Source: Eledone cirrhosa (lineage: Eukaryota). From it: a DNA stretch of 64,000 nt. Both the position numbers and the translations under genes were made by a program. The notes under the pieces are model-generated. The model was given only the letters and a program-made list of their open reading frames with translations. It made no database searches and was not told the DNA's origin. Of this stretch, positions 42,565 to 55,840 are shown piece after piece. Within the stretch, counting starts at the first letter, position 1. Each line of letters starts with the position of its first letter. The DNA is taken from NCBI GenBank assembly GCA_964016885.1, contig OZ024759.1, positions 34,224,001 to 34,288,000 on the forward strand, in the 5' to 3' direction.

Positions 42565-42947
42565 TCTCTCGCTCCCTCTCTCTCTTTCTCAAACTCACGT
42601 TTTCTGACACTGTTTCTATCTATCTACCTTTATGTAATATTTTATCACTTTCTCTTACTCTCTCACTGTCTCTATCTATGCCTGTCTATCTATCTATCTA
42701 TCTATCTATCTATATATATATATATATATATATGTCCATCTCTATCCATCCATCAATCTATCTATCTATTTCTATCTAAGCAGCTATCTATCTATCTAAC
42801 CAACTCTATCTATCTATCTTACATTCTCATTAAATTTCCCGCCCCTCTGTAAAGAGATCTGTCATCTGTATAACTCTCTCAGTGAGTGTTAACGTTTCCT
42901 CTATCGATCTGTTGCTATATTTGTTGTTTAAACACACACACACATAC

Positions 42948-43051
<104 letters not shown>

Positions 43052-43151
43052 TAAAATAACAGATTAAAGTTTAAGCAAAGAACCGCTGCGTTCACCCTTG
43101 TATATAAATACATATACCAAGAGTAACTTGATTTTCCTCCTATACATTCTG

Positions 43152-43211
<60 letters not shown>

Positions 43212-43303
43212 CGTAGGTGTGTGTTTGCATATACTTATACATGTGTGGTGGGCATGTATGTAGGTACATAGCGAGAAACCAAGACAAACATACACATACT
43301 TCC

Positions 43304-43398
<95 letters not shown>

Positions 43399-43400
<2 letters not shown>

Positions 43401-43825
43401 TATTAATAAAAGGAATTCCAACTTTGTCTGATTTACTCGTTTTATTTACAATAATATAATGGTATTATAATGAAATAATATGATAGAATATTAAATGTTA
43501 AATGTTAATTGAACAAGTACTTTCATGCTTTCGCAATCTTCAGGTTCATAATGTGTGGTGACAGTGAAGTTTGCAATTTTCAACTGAAATTTTCAAGTTG
43601 AAAATTACAAACGTGACTGTCACCACACATTATAAACCTGAAGATTGCGAAAGCATGAAAGTACTTGTTCAATTAAGACTTAACATTTAATATTCTATCA
43701 TACTATTTCATTATAATAACATTATAAATTTTAAAGGATTGTAAATAAAACGAGTAAATCAGACAAAGTTGGAATTCCTTTTATTAATATAATCTTCTAT
43801 ACACAATCATACACACCCGTGTATA
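43399..43825. mobile_element. Hairpin element (arms ~43399-43589 / 43592-43791, tail to ~43825)
   Basis: ~190-bp inverted arms with almost no spacer, inside (TA)n. Confidence 0.82.
43510..43548 (-). ncRNA. Minimal type I hammerhead with canonical core; mirror copy at 43633-43671 (+)
   Basis: Minus strand: TGAAC-CTGAAGA-T-TGC(GAAA)GCA-T-GAAA-GTAC-TT-GTTCA. Confidence 0.75.
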
Positions 43826-43854
43826 TTTATCTATCTATATATGTATATATATAT

Positions 43855-44137
43855 ATAGGAACAAGTAGGACCCCGACGGCTGAGCTCAAGCCGTTTCGAC
43901 GGCTAATTCTGAACTAAATGAAAGTTTTTATCCTGGTAAATGAATAGCCGAACTTCTCAGGGGGTAATTCCATATATGGTAAAAGTGATTGTCACAAGGA
44001 TTGGGCAAAAGCCGTCGAAAGGCTTGAGCTCAACCGTCGGGGTCCTACTTGTTCCTATTACCCACTCTACTACCCTAAGTATTGAGTACTTTGGTGCGTT
44101 ATGGTCCATCTGGTTCTTTACCACATTTCCTTCGTTA
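43855..44137. mobile_element. Hairpin element family D (arms 43855-43904 / 44010-44058, tail to 44137)
   Basis: Homologous to 55396-55587, 56729-56781, 56844-57051 and 59333-59394; carries the 3' half of a hammerhead (GTC-GAAA-CGGCT-TGAGCTC-AGCCG-TC-GGGG). Confidence 0.8.
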
Positions 44138-44561
44138 TATATATATATCAAGTAAGTATGTTTTGAAACAGTGAGCAGGTTTGAAATTAGAAAATAGAAT
44201 AGCTTTCACCGTAATTTTGACTAAAGGAATTTTAGCCTGATAATATATATATACAGTCAAAACTTTTTGTATATACAGTATATATATCTTTTGTATGAAG
44301 CTGAGGGAAATCTCTGGTTAATTGACAGAGGTGGTGTATTTCAAATTGTGTATATAGTTTGTGTGAGAGTGAAGAGATGTGATTCCATATTTGGGCGTAT
44401 ATACATATGTGTATGAGTGTGTGTGCATGTGCGTGTTTGTGTCTATGGGTATATATGAAGAATATGAATATATATATATTTATATATAGTACATTATGAA
44501 GAGAGAAGAAACATTAGATATAATTAGTAATAAGGTATATCCTACCTAGTTGGTTCTTCAG

Positions 44562-44655
44562 TCCCCGACTACGTAGTTTCGTGGCATATTATGCAAAAAC
44601 ACTAGATCATAGAGATATAGAGTTTTTGTGAGGTTCTGCCGACTTATCAAGGGGA
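44562..44655 (-). ncRNA. Type I hammerhead motif, U3:A8 core, extended stem II, in a pLTR-like segment 44488-44920
   Basis: Minus strand: TCCCC-TTGATAA-GTCGGCA...CAAAAAC...GTTTTTG...TGCCAC-GAAA-CTACGTAG-TC-GGGGA. Confidence 0.72.
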
Positions 44656-44922
44656 TACCTCATTAAGGATTTCAAAACACGTCTGCAATGCGCGAGATAG
44701 AATCTCGAAAAGGCGGAGGGAGAGTCAATCACGTGATACAGCGGTCAAGAAACAGAGCTAAGCCCCTTATAACCGTGAAAAGAATACCACGGAGGCGGAG
44801 GGGTATTCATATCAAAGCCGTAGAAGAGGTGGTTTGAGGAGGCGAGAAGTACGAGTAATGGTAACTATCCAGCAGTCACTACACTTCAAAGGTTACTCGA
44901 CCAAAGGGAGTTATAAACAATA

Positions 44923-45185
44923 TATGGAGAGAAACACACAGATACCAGCGGACACATACATATACATGAATATATCCACACATATCCCTGTGTTAGTGGT
45001 GCCAACCTCAACCGATGTTGCTCTATGAATAACTGGGACAGAACTATCCGAATGGATTAGACTGATTCAGTATCAGAGCTATAAAGTACATTATGAAGAG
45101 AGAAGAAATAGAGCAACACCGGTTGGGGTTGACACAACTAACACACGGGTATGTGTCCGCATGTATATGTGTGTTTCTCTCTATA

Positions 45186-45186
<1 letters not shown>
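44923..45186. repeat. Inverted repeat (44923-45026 / 45108-45186) enclosing a copy of the adjacent element's end
   Basis: TGTTGCTCTAT / ATAGAGCAACA and GAGAGAAACACACA / TGTGTGTTTCTCTC pair. The 24-bp AGTACATTATGAAGAGAGAAGAAA occurs at 44488 and 45085. Confidence 0.75.
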
Positions 45187-45235
<49 letters not shown>

Positions 45236-45460
45236 ATATATATATTTATTTTATATATATATAATGTATCTATCTATATATATATATATTTTATACATAT
45301 ATATATAATATATATGTATAAAATATACATATATATACTATAAGATATACATATATATACTATACACACATATATATATATATATGTGTGTATAGTATAT
45401 ATATATACATAAATATATACGTAAATAATATACATACATATATATATGTATGTATGCATG

Positions 45461-45602
<142 letters not shown>

Positions 45603-46009
45603 AAAAATGATGAACATAAATAGGCAGATAAAAGGTTACTAACAAATCCTAAGGCTTATTTAAATTTAATTAATATAACTTTCACCTGAGGTTCTAACCA
45701 TCATACCTATATATATATATTAGATATTCCCTTTGACATTCACCTTATTAGTTGCCTCCATCTTGCAGCTGTCATGTCATAAACCCCTTTACATCTAGGA
45801 TGTTAATTCATAAATACAGACGCACTAACCCACACACACGAGAATATCGCATGTGTGTATGTATGTATCTATATATATATATCTGTGTATAATGGTAGCT
45901 ATGGTGCTTCCATAGGCGGTATGCCAAAATTAGCACTCAATATTCAGCAGAGTAGAGTGTAGATAGTATAAAGAAAACGAACAAACGAACAAATACTATT
46001 TATATATAC

Positions 46010-46047
<38 letters not shown>

Positions 46048-46085
46048 AATATATATATATGTTAGCAACCTTTTATCTGCCTATT

Positions 46086-46121
<36 letters not shown>

Positions 46122-46125
46122 ATAT

Positions 46126-46183
<58 letters not shown>

Positions 46184-46199
46184 TATATATATATATTAT

Positions 46200-46272
<73 letters not shown>

Positions 46273-46633
46273 TTGTGTATTATATATACATTCATTAATC
46301 TATTCAATATTTCCTTTGTAACTCTATGCTCCACCATTTATTGTTAGTTCAGGAAATCAATTCACACGGTGGTGTCATTAGTTTCCCTTTGGTCAAGATT
46401 CTTTACTGTATTATGTTGAGAAATGACTCTTGGAATCGTATTTAAATATTACAATGTTTCTCAAAAGTAACATTCTTTAATTTTCATATATTTGCTATAT
46501 AACAAAGAGGATGCTTTTACTGCTGTTGTTGATACTGCTGCAGTTGTTGCTTCTGTTGGTTTTGCTGTTTTTATCACGCTGTTTTATGTGGTGATATGCT
46601 TCTTTTTCTGTTGGTTGTTATGTCCAATTGATA

Positions 46634-47340
46634 GTATCAACTATGGAAAGACCAATAGAATCTTTGTTTCCTTCATCTGATTTGACAAGCAACTCCTCTC
46701 TTCTGCCAGGACGCGCGATTGACACACAGTATCAGCAATAGAAACGTCAGTAGAATAAACCTTGCTTCCTTTGTCTGATCTGGTGATTAGATCCTTCTTT
46801 TTCTGTCGGGTGATACCATCAGGAAATTGTATCAGCAATGGACATACCAATAGAAACCTTGCTTCCTTTGCCTGTTGTCTGATCTGGTCATTAGGTCCTC
46901 TCCTGCCAGAAGATATGACCCAGTGGATAGTATCAGCAATGGAAGGACCAATACAAACCTTGCTTCCTTTGTCTGATCTGGTGATTAGCTACTTCTTTTT
47001 CTGTCGGGTGATACGATCAGCAAATTGTATCAACAATGGAAAGACCATTAGAAAACTTGCTTCCTTCATCTGTTGTTTGATTTGGTGATTAGCTCCTCTC
47101 TTCTGCCAGATGTTGTGACCTGTGGATAGTATCAACAATGAAAATACCAATAGAAACCTTGTTTCCTTGTTCCGATCTGGCAATCAACTTTCTTCTGTCG
47201 GGACTTGCGATGAGCCCACCGTATCAGCTATGTAAAAATAATAGAAACATTATTTCCTTTGTCTGTTGTCTGATATGGTGAATAGCTCCTTTCTTCTGCC
47301 AGAAGATGTGACCACTGCATAGTATCAGAAATGGAAATAA
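46634..47340. repeat. Diverged ~98-bp tandem repeat, 7+ units, alternating A/B dimer
   Basis: Units start GTATCA(G/A)CAAT-like at 46634, 46729, 46829, 46930, 47027, 47129, 47221 and 47322. Confidence 0.88.
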
Positions 47341-47639
47341 TAACAACAACAAAACCATTTCTTTCTTTCAATCTGACGATTGTTTCTTTTAGTTTTATAT
47401 TTATGTTTACCCCCCCCCCCCCCCCCACTCCCCCAAATCCTACATCTTTATACTTTCCTTAAACTTTATGGTAACCGTTATCAGTATTAACATTTACGAA
47501 GACAAACTACCTCCATGATTATCTTCAACGTTCTTCGTTTTGCTTCTACAAACAAATATCTGAAAGCGTGCAATGATTCTAGCAGACATATTAAGTTTGA
47601 GTGGCAAGGTAATCCATATGTTAAAGAAAGGCAAAAGGA

Positions 47640-47883
47640 AGGTATAAGAGAAAGAGAAAGAATGGGTGAACAGGAAGTAAGGAGAGGAGAGAAGGGGAGA
47701 ATGGAGGAAGAGAGAGGAAATGGGAGAGAGCGAATGTGAGGGAGAGATAGAGGGTGGTGAGTGGGAGGAAGAGAGAGAAGGAGGGAGAGGGAGAGAATGG
47801 CAAGGAGAGAGGGAGAGAATGGGAGGGAGAGAGAGAGAGATATATAGAGGAGAAAGTAGTGAAAAGGAGTATCAGGGAGAGAG

Positions 47884-47955
<72 letters not shown>

Positions 47956-48335
47956 CATTGGAGGGAGAAGAGGTAGAGAATGGCAGAAGCGGAAGAATGG
48001 GATGGAGAGAGAAGGGTAGAGAATATGGAGGGAGAGGGAGATAGTGAGAGAAAGAATGGGGATGAAGAGAGAGAGAGAGAATGTGGAGGGAGAGAGTAAG
48101 AGAAAGAATGGGGATGAAGAGAGAGAGAGAGAATGTGGATGAAGAGAGAGAGAGAGAATGTGAAGGGAGAGAGTGAGAGAAAGAATGGGAATGAAGAGAG
48201 AGAGAGAGAGAGAATATGGAGGGACGAGAGTGAGAGAAAGAATGGGAATGAAGAGAGAGAGAATATGGAGGGAGAGAGAGAGAGTGTGAGAATGTGGAGG
48301 GAGAGTGAGAGAGTGAGAGATGTAAAGGGAGAAGG
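47640..48335. repeat. Purine-rich GA tract with ~55-60-bp higher-order units (AGAAAGAATGGG.ATGAAGAGAG..AAT.TGGAGGGAG)
   Basis: Directly visible. Confidence 0.85.
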
Positions 48336-48518
48336 ATAAGTAAATTGCCAGCTAGTATATCATTCCTTATTCTTCCAATTGAAGTTAATCTCAATATCTA
48401 AACATAACTTCCATCAACTGTAATGACATAATTCTACCACATACTAAACACACACACACATGACACACACGTAGACTTACACATACACGTATATATATAT
48501 ATTTATATATATACACAC

Positions 48519-48596
<78 letters not shown>

Positions 48597-48780
48597 GTGT
48601 ATATATATATAAATATATATATACGTGTATGTGTATATATGTATGTGTATATATATATATGTGTATGTGTATATATATATATATATACGTGTATGTGTAC
48701 GTATATATATTATATATATATGTATATATATATGTGTGTGTATATATATATATGTATATATATATATAAATATATATATG

Positions 48781-48826
<46 letters not shown>

Positions 48827-48876
48827 TATATATATATATTTATATATATATATAAATATATATATTATATATATAT

Positions 48877-48923
<47 letters not shown>

Positions 48924-48940
48924 CACACATATATATATAT

Positions 48941-49001
<61 letters not shown>

Positions 49002-49108
49002 TTATATATAAATTATATAAATATATATATATATGTGTGTGTGTACGTGTGTGTCTTTGTATGGGTGTATTGTGTGGGTGTATATTATACACACACACAC
49101 ACACACAC

Positions 49109-49153
<45 letters not shown>

Positions 49154-49300
49154 AGTGAAGCAAACGTTAAAGTTTAATATCAATTCACCCAAGGTATGTA
49201 CTGTGTAATATTCTATCGATAACAAATTGCTAGCGACACGATCATCCATCGGAGTTGCGGTATTTTCTCATTATTTTGCATTAACAATGAGTAGAGTACA

Positions 49301-49835
49301 CGAAGCTAGGTAACTCATTGGAGATTGGACTATAGAGAGAGAGGAGAGATAGAGATAGAGAGAGGAGAGAGAGAGGTGGGGGCGAAACTAGGTAACTCAT
49401 TGGAGATTGGACTATAGAGAGAGGGGGAGAGATAGAGATAGAGAGAGGATAGAGAGGGGAGGGGCGAAGCTAGGTAACTCATTGGAGATTGGACTATAGA
49501 GAGAGGGGGGAGAGATAGAGATAGAGAGAGGAGAGAGGGGGGGGGCGAAGCTAGGTAACTCATTGGAGAGTGAACTAGAGGGAAATAGAGAAAGGGTAGA
49601 GATAGAGAGGGAGAGAGAGAGAGGTGAAGTTAGTTAACTCATTAGAGATTGAACTAGAGAGAGAAAGAGGGGAGAGATAGAGAGAGAGACGACGGGGATC
49701 GAGAGACGAAGCTATTTAACTCATTGTTGATTGACCGAGAGAGAGAGAAAGAGTTAGATAGATAGATAGATAGATAGATAGAGAGACGAAGGGGACCGAT
49801 ACAGGAAGCTATTTAACTCATTGGAGATTGAACGA
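49301..49835. repeat. ~82-bp minisatellite: conserved ~32-bp block + variable GA tract, 7 units
   Basis: CGAAGCTAGGTAACTCATTGGAGATTGGACTA-like blocks at 49301, 49383, 49465, 49546, 49625, 49707 and 49804. Confidence 0.9.
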
Positions 49836-50349
49836 GAGAGAGAGAAGGAAAGGGGAGATATAGAGAAATATAGATAAAGAGACAGAGAGAGACAAACAAC
49901 AGAGAGAAAGAGAGAGACGAAGAGGACCGAGAATCGAAAGAGGAGTATGCATGAGTCTTATTATATACAACCAAACAATAAATAGAGAATATAGGCTAAA
50001 ATATACATAATTGAAATTTATCACTAAACGAAATATATTTCGTTAGTTACTGCAATCCGCTGTTGTGTTGCATTGCATTGAATTGGTTGATATTCTATCG
50101 CAGGACAAATTCAAAGAATAGGTGATATAAATTGTGATAAATATATCGTGTTAAAGATTGCAAAATCTTATTATTTCAGATCGGTGTCTTTATGTGTAAG
50201 CATATGTCACTACTGATAAATTACATTCGTGCTGGGCTGGAGATATTTACAGGGAAAACCTGCGGTTAATCGGGGCTTATCAAATGACTAAATTGACCAA
50301 AAGCTATATATATTATGATTGGATAAACACACACACATATATATATATA

Positions 50350-50687
50350 TTAGAAAGTGAGGTTTTTTACAAAATGAAAAATAACCGAGGTGTCCTACAC
50401 GAGTGAAAGTATAAAGAAAAAGAGATGAAATCGAAAATGCAACTGGAGTCTTATTTTTAAAAAATATATATATTTATTTGGTTCCTTTACCGGTTTCGCA
50501 GTTCTTCTGCTTTTCGCAAGTAGAGTTGAGATGGAGGGTCTGTGGTTTTTCTCACATTTGAGAAAAACCACAGACCCTCCATCTCAACTCTACTTTTGAA
50601 AAACAGAAGAACGGCGAAACCGGTAAAGGAACCAAATAAATATATATATTCTTTTAAATAAGACTCCAGTTGCATTTTCGATTTCAT
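50350..50687. mobile_element. Hairpin element family A (tail 50350-50424; arms 50425-50554 / 50559-50687)
   Basis: Homologous to 13105-13338; mutated U3:A8 hammerhead at 50593-50628 (+) and its mirror on the minus strand. Confidence 0.82.
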
Positions 50688-50732
50688 ATTTCTCTCTCTA
50701 TTTCTCTCTCTCTCTATATATATATAGAGAGA

Positions 50733-50763
<31 letters not shown>

Positions 50764-50840
50764 GGGTAGAACACTAGAAGGTAATATCTGTAGTGGTAGA
50801 CCACTCAGTACATGGGACGAGTTTGGTAGAAGTGGTAGCA

Positions 50841-50924
50841 CAACAGTTAGTTCACCATATCGAGTCCGAGCTGTAGATCTGCATAAGTGAAACAATTGTT
50901 CTCGGTAGGGTGAACTAACTGTTG
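50841..50924 (+). ncRNA. Hammerhead-like motif with a long stem I and a core mutation (CTGTAGA)
   Basis: CAACAGTTAGTTCACC..CCGAG-CTGTAGA-TCTGCATAAGT-GAAA-CAATTG-TT-CTCGG..GGTGAACTAACTGTTG. Confidence 0.55.
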
Positions 50925-50931
50925 GGTTACT

Positions 50932-51010
<79 letters not shown>

Positions 51011-51061
51011 AATATATATATAAATACATACATACATATATATATATAAATATATATATAA

Positions 51062-51100
<39 letters not shown>

Positions 51101-51161
51101 AATTACATATATATATATATATATATAAATTACATATATATATATATATATATATATAAAT

Positions 51162-51216
<55 letters not shown>

Positions 51217-51242
51217 TACATATATATATATATATATATATG

Positions 51243-51285
<43 letters not shown>

Positions 51286-51296
51286 CATACATACAT

Positions 51297-51587
51297 GGCA
51301 CAATTATTTCATCTCAATTGGCCCTGCTCTCTTTAACATTACACCAAAACACATCAAACCACAAACAGACCCCATCAAGTTCAAGAAATCTTTGGACAAA
51401 TTCCTTCAAGAAATCCCGGATAAGCCTCCAACACCCGGATATGCCTCCGTAAACAATAACTATCTGCTCAAGTGGACCATGGTGCCCAAACACTGATTTG
51501 TAAGACTTCGCCAGGTGGTGCTATTAAGTTAGACATGGCCTGGGCCAATACTGGCCGAAACCTATCAAAGTTATCAAAGTTAAGTTA
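51297..51587 (+). mobile_element. 5'-truncated copy of the LINE at 1-2039 (ORF end + 3'UTR)
   Basis: Aligns with 1753-2039; the 3'UTR AAGACTTCGCCAGGTGGTGCTATTAAGTTAGACATGGCCTGGGCCAATACTGGCC is identical. Confidence 0.92.
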
Positions 51588-52884
51588 CATACATATATGC
51601 AAACATAAATTAGGTCGGGGTGGGGGTGGTTAGTGGAAAAAATCCGAACAATTAATAGGTCGTGGGGTGACGATTATTCGATACCTGAGAGATCCCGGTT
51701 TTACTCTCAATATGTTGGTCGACTTAGTCTATAAATAAATTGTAAAACTTATTCCCCAATATTCCTCATACAGAGATTGAACCCGTAGTTCAAGATTGCG
51801 AAACAAACTCCAGCCACGCCTATGGCCGTGCTGTTATACACATAAACTAGAAAGATTTCTGATTTTTTTAAAATGACACGTCATGATGGTAACGGCAGCA
51901 ATGTCTTTGATCATGGTTTTACACCATCGAGATTGTCTTGAGAGCTGGGACAGATATGAAACACGAGAAGATCATGTAATTAAATTGTGGTTGTGAAGCA
52001 CAACAAAGCCAACATCGGTGCAAGGGTATGTCGTCGTTAATCTCAAGGATTTACAAGGGTTAAACTCTTTGGAAATAAGGAGTAAGTATGGCGCGTCTTT
52101 ACTGTATTAGATTACAAGCTCTCCTGGAACTTTCGCCGGAGAATAATAATGGGAAAAAAAATAATAAATATATATATAAATATAGATGAATGAAAATACG
52201 TGGAATTAACAATTAAGGTACCGCCCAGAATTATTGATTTGAAATAAGGGGATTAACTGTTCTTACCATCCGACACATAAAGCTTTAGAAAATGGTGTAC
52301 CGAGTCTAACATCGGATTAGGCGGAAATATGAAACGCCATATAGGATCGACAGAGCTAAAATATTGATTTATTTATCAAATATATCCAAGAAATCTAAGA
52401 ATTTCTAACAGCTTTCTCTAGAGAACGTGACTGCTTGGCGTTGCTTTCAATCTTTTATTTGACAGAATGATTCTTTACGTTATTACATTATTAGCAAAAA
52501 TGTCTCAATCTGAATCGTCTTTGAGAAATTATGTGGTTGAATTAACCCATTAAATGCTGTCGTTTCACCAGAACAGGACAGACCGAAAATTAGACAATAC
52601 AATGAATTTATTACTTGTAATTATCCGGGCTTATAATTAAACTTGATGCATTAACTGACGTCCTAATACGGACAACAATGGCGGAAAATATGTTTATTAT
52701 ATTTAAATGTCTCAAAACTAATAATAAAAGAACTTTGAAATGTAGAAAACCATGTTTATTTTTAACCACACGTCGTAATAGTTATTGCGTTCAACAATCT
52801 TGAAATATACATAAAGTGTTACCACAGAAAATAACTCTAATGGTTCCAAGTTATTTCGTTTGTCTGACATCAAATGGCTAATTA

Positions 52885-53090
52885 TACTGCGACGGATTAA
52901 ATTAGGTTGTTGGACTTGCGTTCATAATATCGTGGATTCGATTCCTCACTTGGTTGTGTGTTGTGACCTTCAACAAAGCATAACATTTTAGGTTACCTTC
53001 AGTCTACGCTGGTAAAATTGAATACCGGCAATAGCTGGCAGTTTAACCCACAGATTGACTGGCGCCCTCTCCAGGGGGAATACTCGTGCT
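52885..53090 (+). mobile_element. Degenerate tRNA-derived SINE (third type)
   Basis: B-box-like GGATTCGATTCC, then GTTGTGACCTTCAACAAAGCA and GACTGGCGCCCTCTCCAGGGG. Confidence 0.5.
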
Positions 53091-54499
53091 CTCAAAGAGA
53101 CTTCAGACTTTAAAGAGTGATTATTATAGCTTTGCTTGTTTAGGTACCATTTTAAATGACCCAATTTAAGTACAAAACTTGCTAGAACCGAATTGGGCTT
53201 TTTTTCTAACTCGTATCAATATATTTGTTTATATAAGTATTATATTACGGAGATGGTGATGCTGGTGGTGATTATGATGGTGGTGGTGGTGATGGTGGAG
53301 TAGATGGTGGTGGAGATGGTGGTGGAAATGGTGGTGGTAGGTTGTGGTGGTGGTGGTGGTGGTGGCGGCGTTAATACAAAATATGTTGTGCGATAGAGCT
53401 GTGCGATGGATTGAGAGGTAGTAAATATATGGTGTGTTGTGATTAATGGAGACACAGTAGCGTGTAAGTGTGTTCTGTGCTAGAGTTGGAGAAACAGCAG
53501 TGTGTAAGTGTATTGTATGTTAGAGTTGATTGTTTAAGCAGCACTGTGTAAGTGTAAGATGTATTGGCCTTGACATAGAGGAGTGACAGCGCAGTGTGTA
53601 AATAAATATAATGTATATATATGGTACAGTTGATGGAGAGACAAAACAATATGTTTGTATATATGTATATATATATATGTATATATATATATAGGTGTAT
53701 ATGTATATGTATCCATATGTATGCAACTATATGTCTGTATGTATATGTATGTATGTATGAATAAAGTGTGCAATAGTTGATATTGAGACAAGACTGTATG
53801 TATATATAAATATATTATATATATATATATACATATGTACGTACATGTATATATATGTATGTATATATAAAGTGTGTTTAACTTAGAGAGACAGAACAAA
53901 ACGTATGTATGTATAAAGTATGGTAAGCTGGAGAGAGAGAGAGAAGACTCAGCATGTATAAGATGTAACAGAATAGATGAGGTAGTCACAGTGTAAATAT
54001 AATATGAAGAATACATACGGAAAAAGGAGCCTTAAAAGTTCTCGCCCTTTAATTTGCTTGTAATAGGAATTGATTGGTTTGATGGTAGCTAAAACGGAAA
54101 TGAGATAAATGGTTGCCAGTAAGTGAAGCACGGAAGTCAATGATGTATTTGCTGTCGCTATTAATAATACCTTACGCTGGCATATTCTGAGGACAGACAA
54201 TACATTTTAGAGTTGTAAGGAAACAGTTTTCCGTAACAGCGTAATGTGTCAAGGCTTTTCTCAGAATTACTCATTTCGACAAGACAATAGGATATGTGAA
54301 AGCAAGTATTAGTATCAGTATTAATATTAGCGTTAAGCAATTTACGGAAAAAATAACAAAAGAATAAAAACAACATAAAATATATAGACAAATATATATA
54401 AAATAAGATAAAATGAAATATAAAGTCGCCATTTTGAAAGACGTTATGGTATTATTCCGAGCCGCTCACTATATTTTAACTGCATCTCTAACACAACCA

Positions 54500-55046
54500 T
54501 CATCATTAACATATACAACATCTCAGTTGATATCAACAGAAAGAACAATAAGTTTAGGATAAAACCGAGAGTGTTTTCATACGTATGGATCTTTGAACTA
54601 TATGATAAAAGGACGTATCTCTTAGAGTGAGTCCTACGTCGGTTTCGGCGAGTAGCATTTAGCTGTTCCATTTTTATAACAATCAAGAAAATAGGAGCAA
54701 ATCCTTAATTACAAAAAAGGTAATTATGTGCCTGCATATGTATGGATCTTTAAACTACATGTTAAAGGAGCTTATCTCTTACTGAGGTCTTACGTCAGTT
54801 TCGACGACTAGTATTTAGCTGTTTCATTTTTAGACTAATCGAGGAAATACGAACAAATCCTTAATTAAAAAAAAGGGAGATATGTCCCTATGTGTATACA
54901 GAGAGTAAATATTTATGTTTAAATTTGTTTATTGGAGACACCAATAACATGGTACTGGCCCGCATTTTATTAAGGATATTTTTATGATTGGTTTAGAAAA
55001 ATGGTGTTTAGCATTTCAGGATCTTCGCAGCGTCGTCATCAGAATT
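54500..55046 (-). mobile_element. Direct tandem pLTR-like pair (54583-54720 / 54740-54878) with a long-stem-II hammerhead-like motif at 54787-55046
   Basis: Diverged ~140-bp direct repeats; minus strand CTGATGA-C-GACG...(~230 nt)...CGTC-GAAA-CTGACG-TA. Confidence 0.6.
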
Positions 55047-55135
55047 GTAATATTGGTATAAATGTTGTGTTACCCACGTGCTTTCCATTGCTCGCAAAGA
55101 TTCTTGGGAGATCTGATTAACATCTAAACGCTAAA

Positions 55136-55203
<68 letters not shown>

Positions 55204-55248
55204 TTAATTATATATATGTAAATATATTTATAAATAGATTTAATCATA

Positions 55249-55360
<112 letters not shown>

Positions 55361-55395
55361 TGTATATATATACATTTAATCATATATATATATAT

Positions 55396-55583
55396 AAAAC
55401 AAAGGAATTGTGGTAATGAACCAAATGGACCATAACGCACCAGAGTACTCAATACTTAGGGTAGTAGAGTGGGAAATAGGAAAAAGTATGACCCCGACGG
55501 CAGAGCTGAGGCCGTTTCGACGGCTATTTCGGTCCAGAAATAGCAGTCAAAACGGCTTGAGCTCTGCCGTCGGGGTCATACTT

Positions 55584-55587
<4 letters not shown>
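55396..55587. mobile_element. Family D hairpin (tail 55396-55475; fold-back centre ~55533)
   Basis: Homology to 43855-44137; flanked by TA runs. Confidence 0.8.
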
Positions 55588-55625
<38 letters not shown>

Positions 55626-55659
55626 ATATAAATATACATATTGTTATATATATATTACA

Positions 55660-55840
55660 TGTTTATATATAAATGACTTAGATATATGACATATATAATA
55701 TATATATGTTTATATATAAATGACTTAGATAAATGACATATAATATATATATATGTTTATATATAAATGACTTAGATAAATGACATATAATATATATATG
55801 TTTATATATAAATGACTTAGATAAATGACATATAATATAT
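55660..55840. repeat. ~44-46-bp tandem repeat x4 (ATGTTTATATATAAATGACTTAGATAAATGACATATAAT..)
   Basis: Directly visible. Confidence 0.9.

Noticed and set aside
49301-49835. CRISPR-like repeat-spacer array
   Set aside because: Spacers are mutually related GA microsatellites, there are no cas genes, and the context is eukaryotic.
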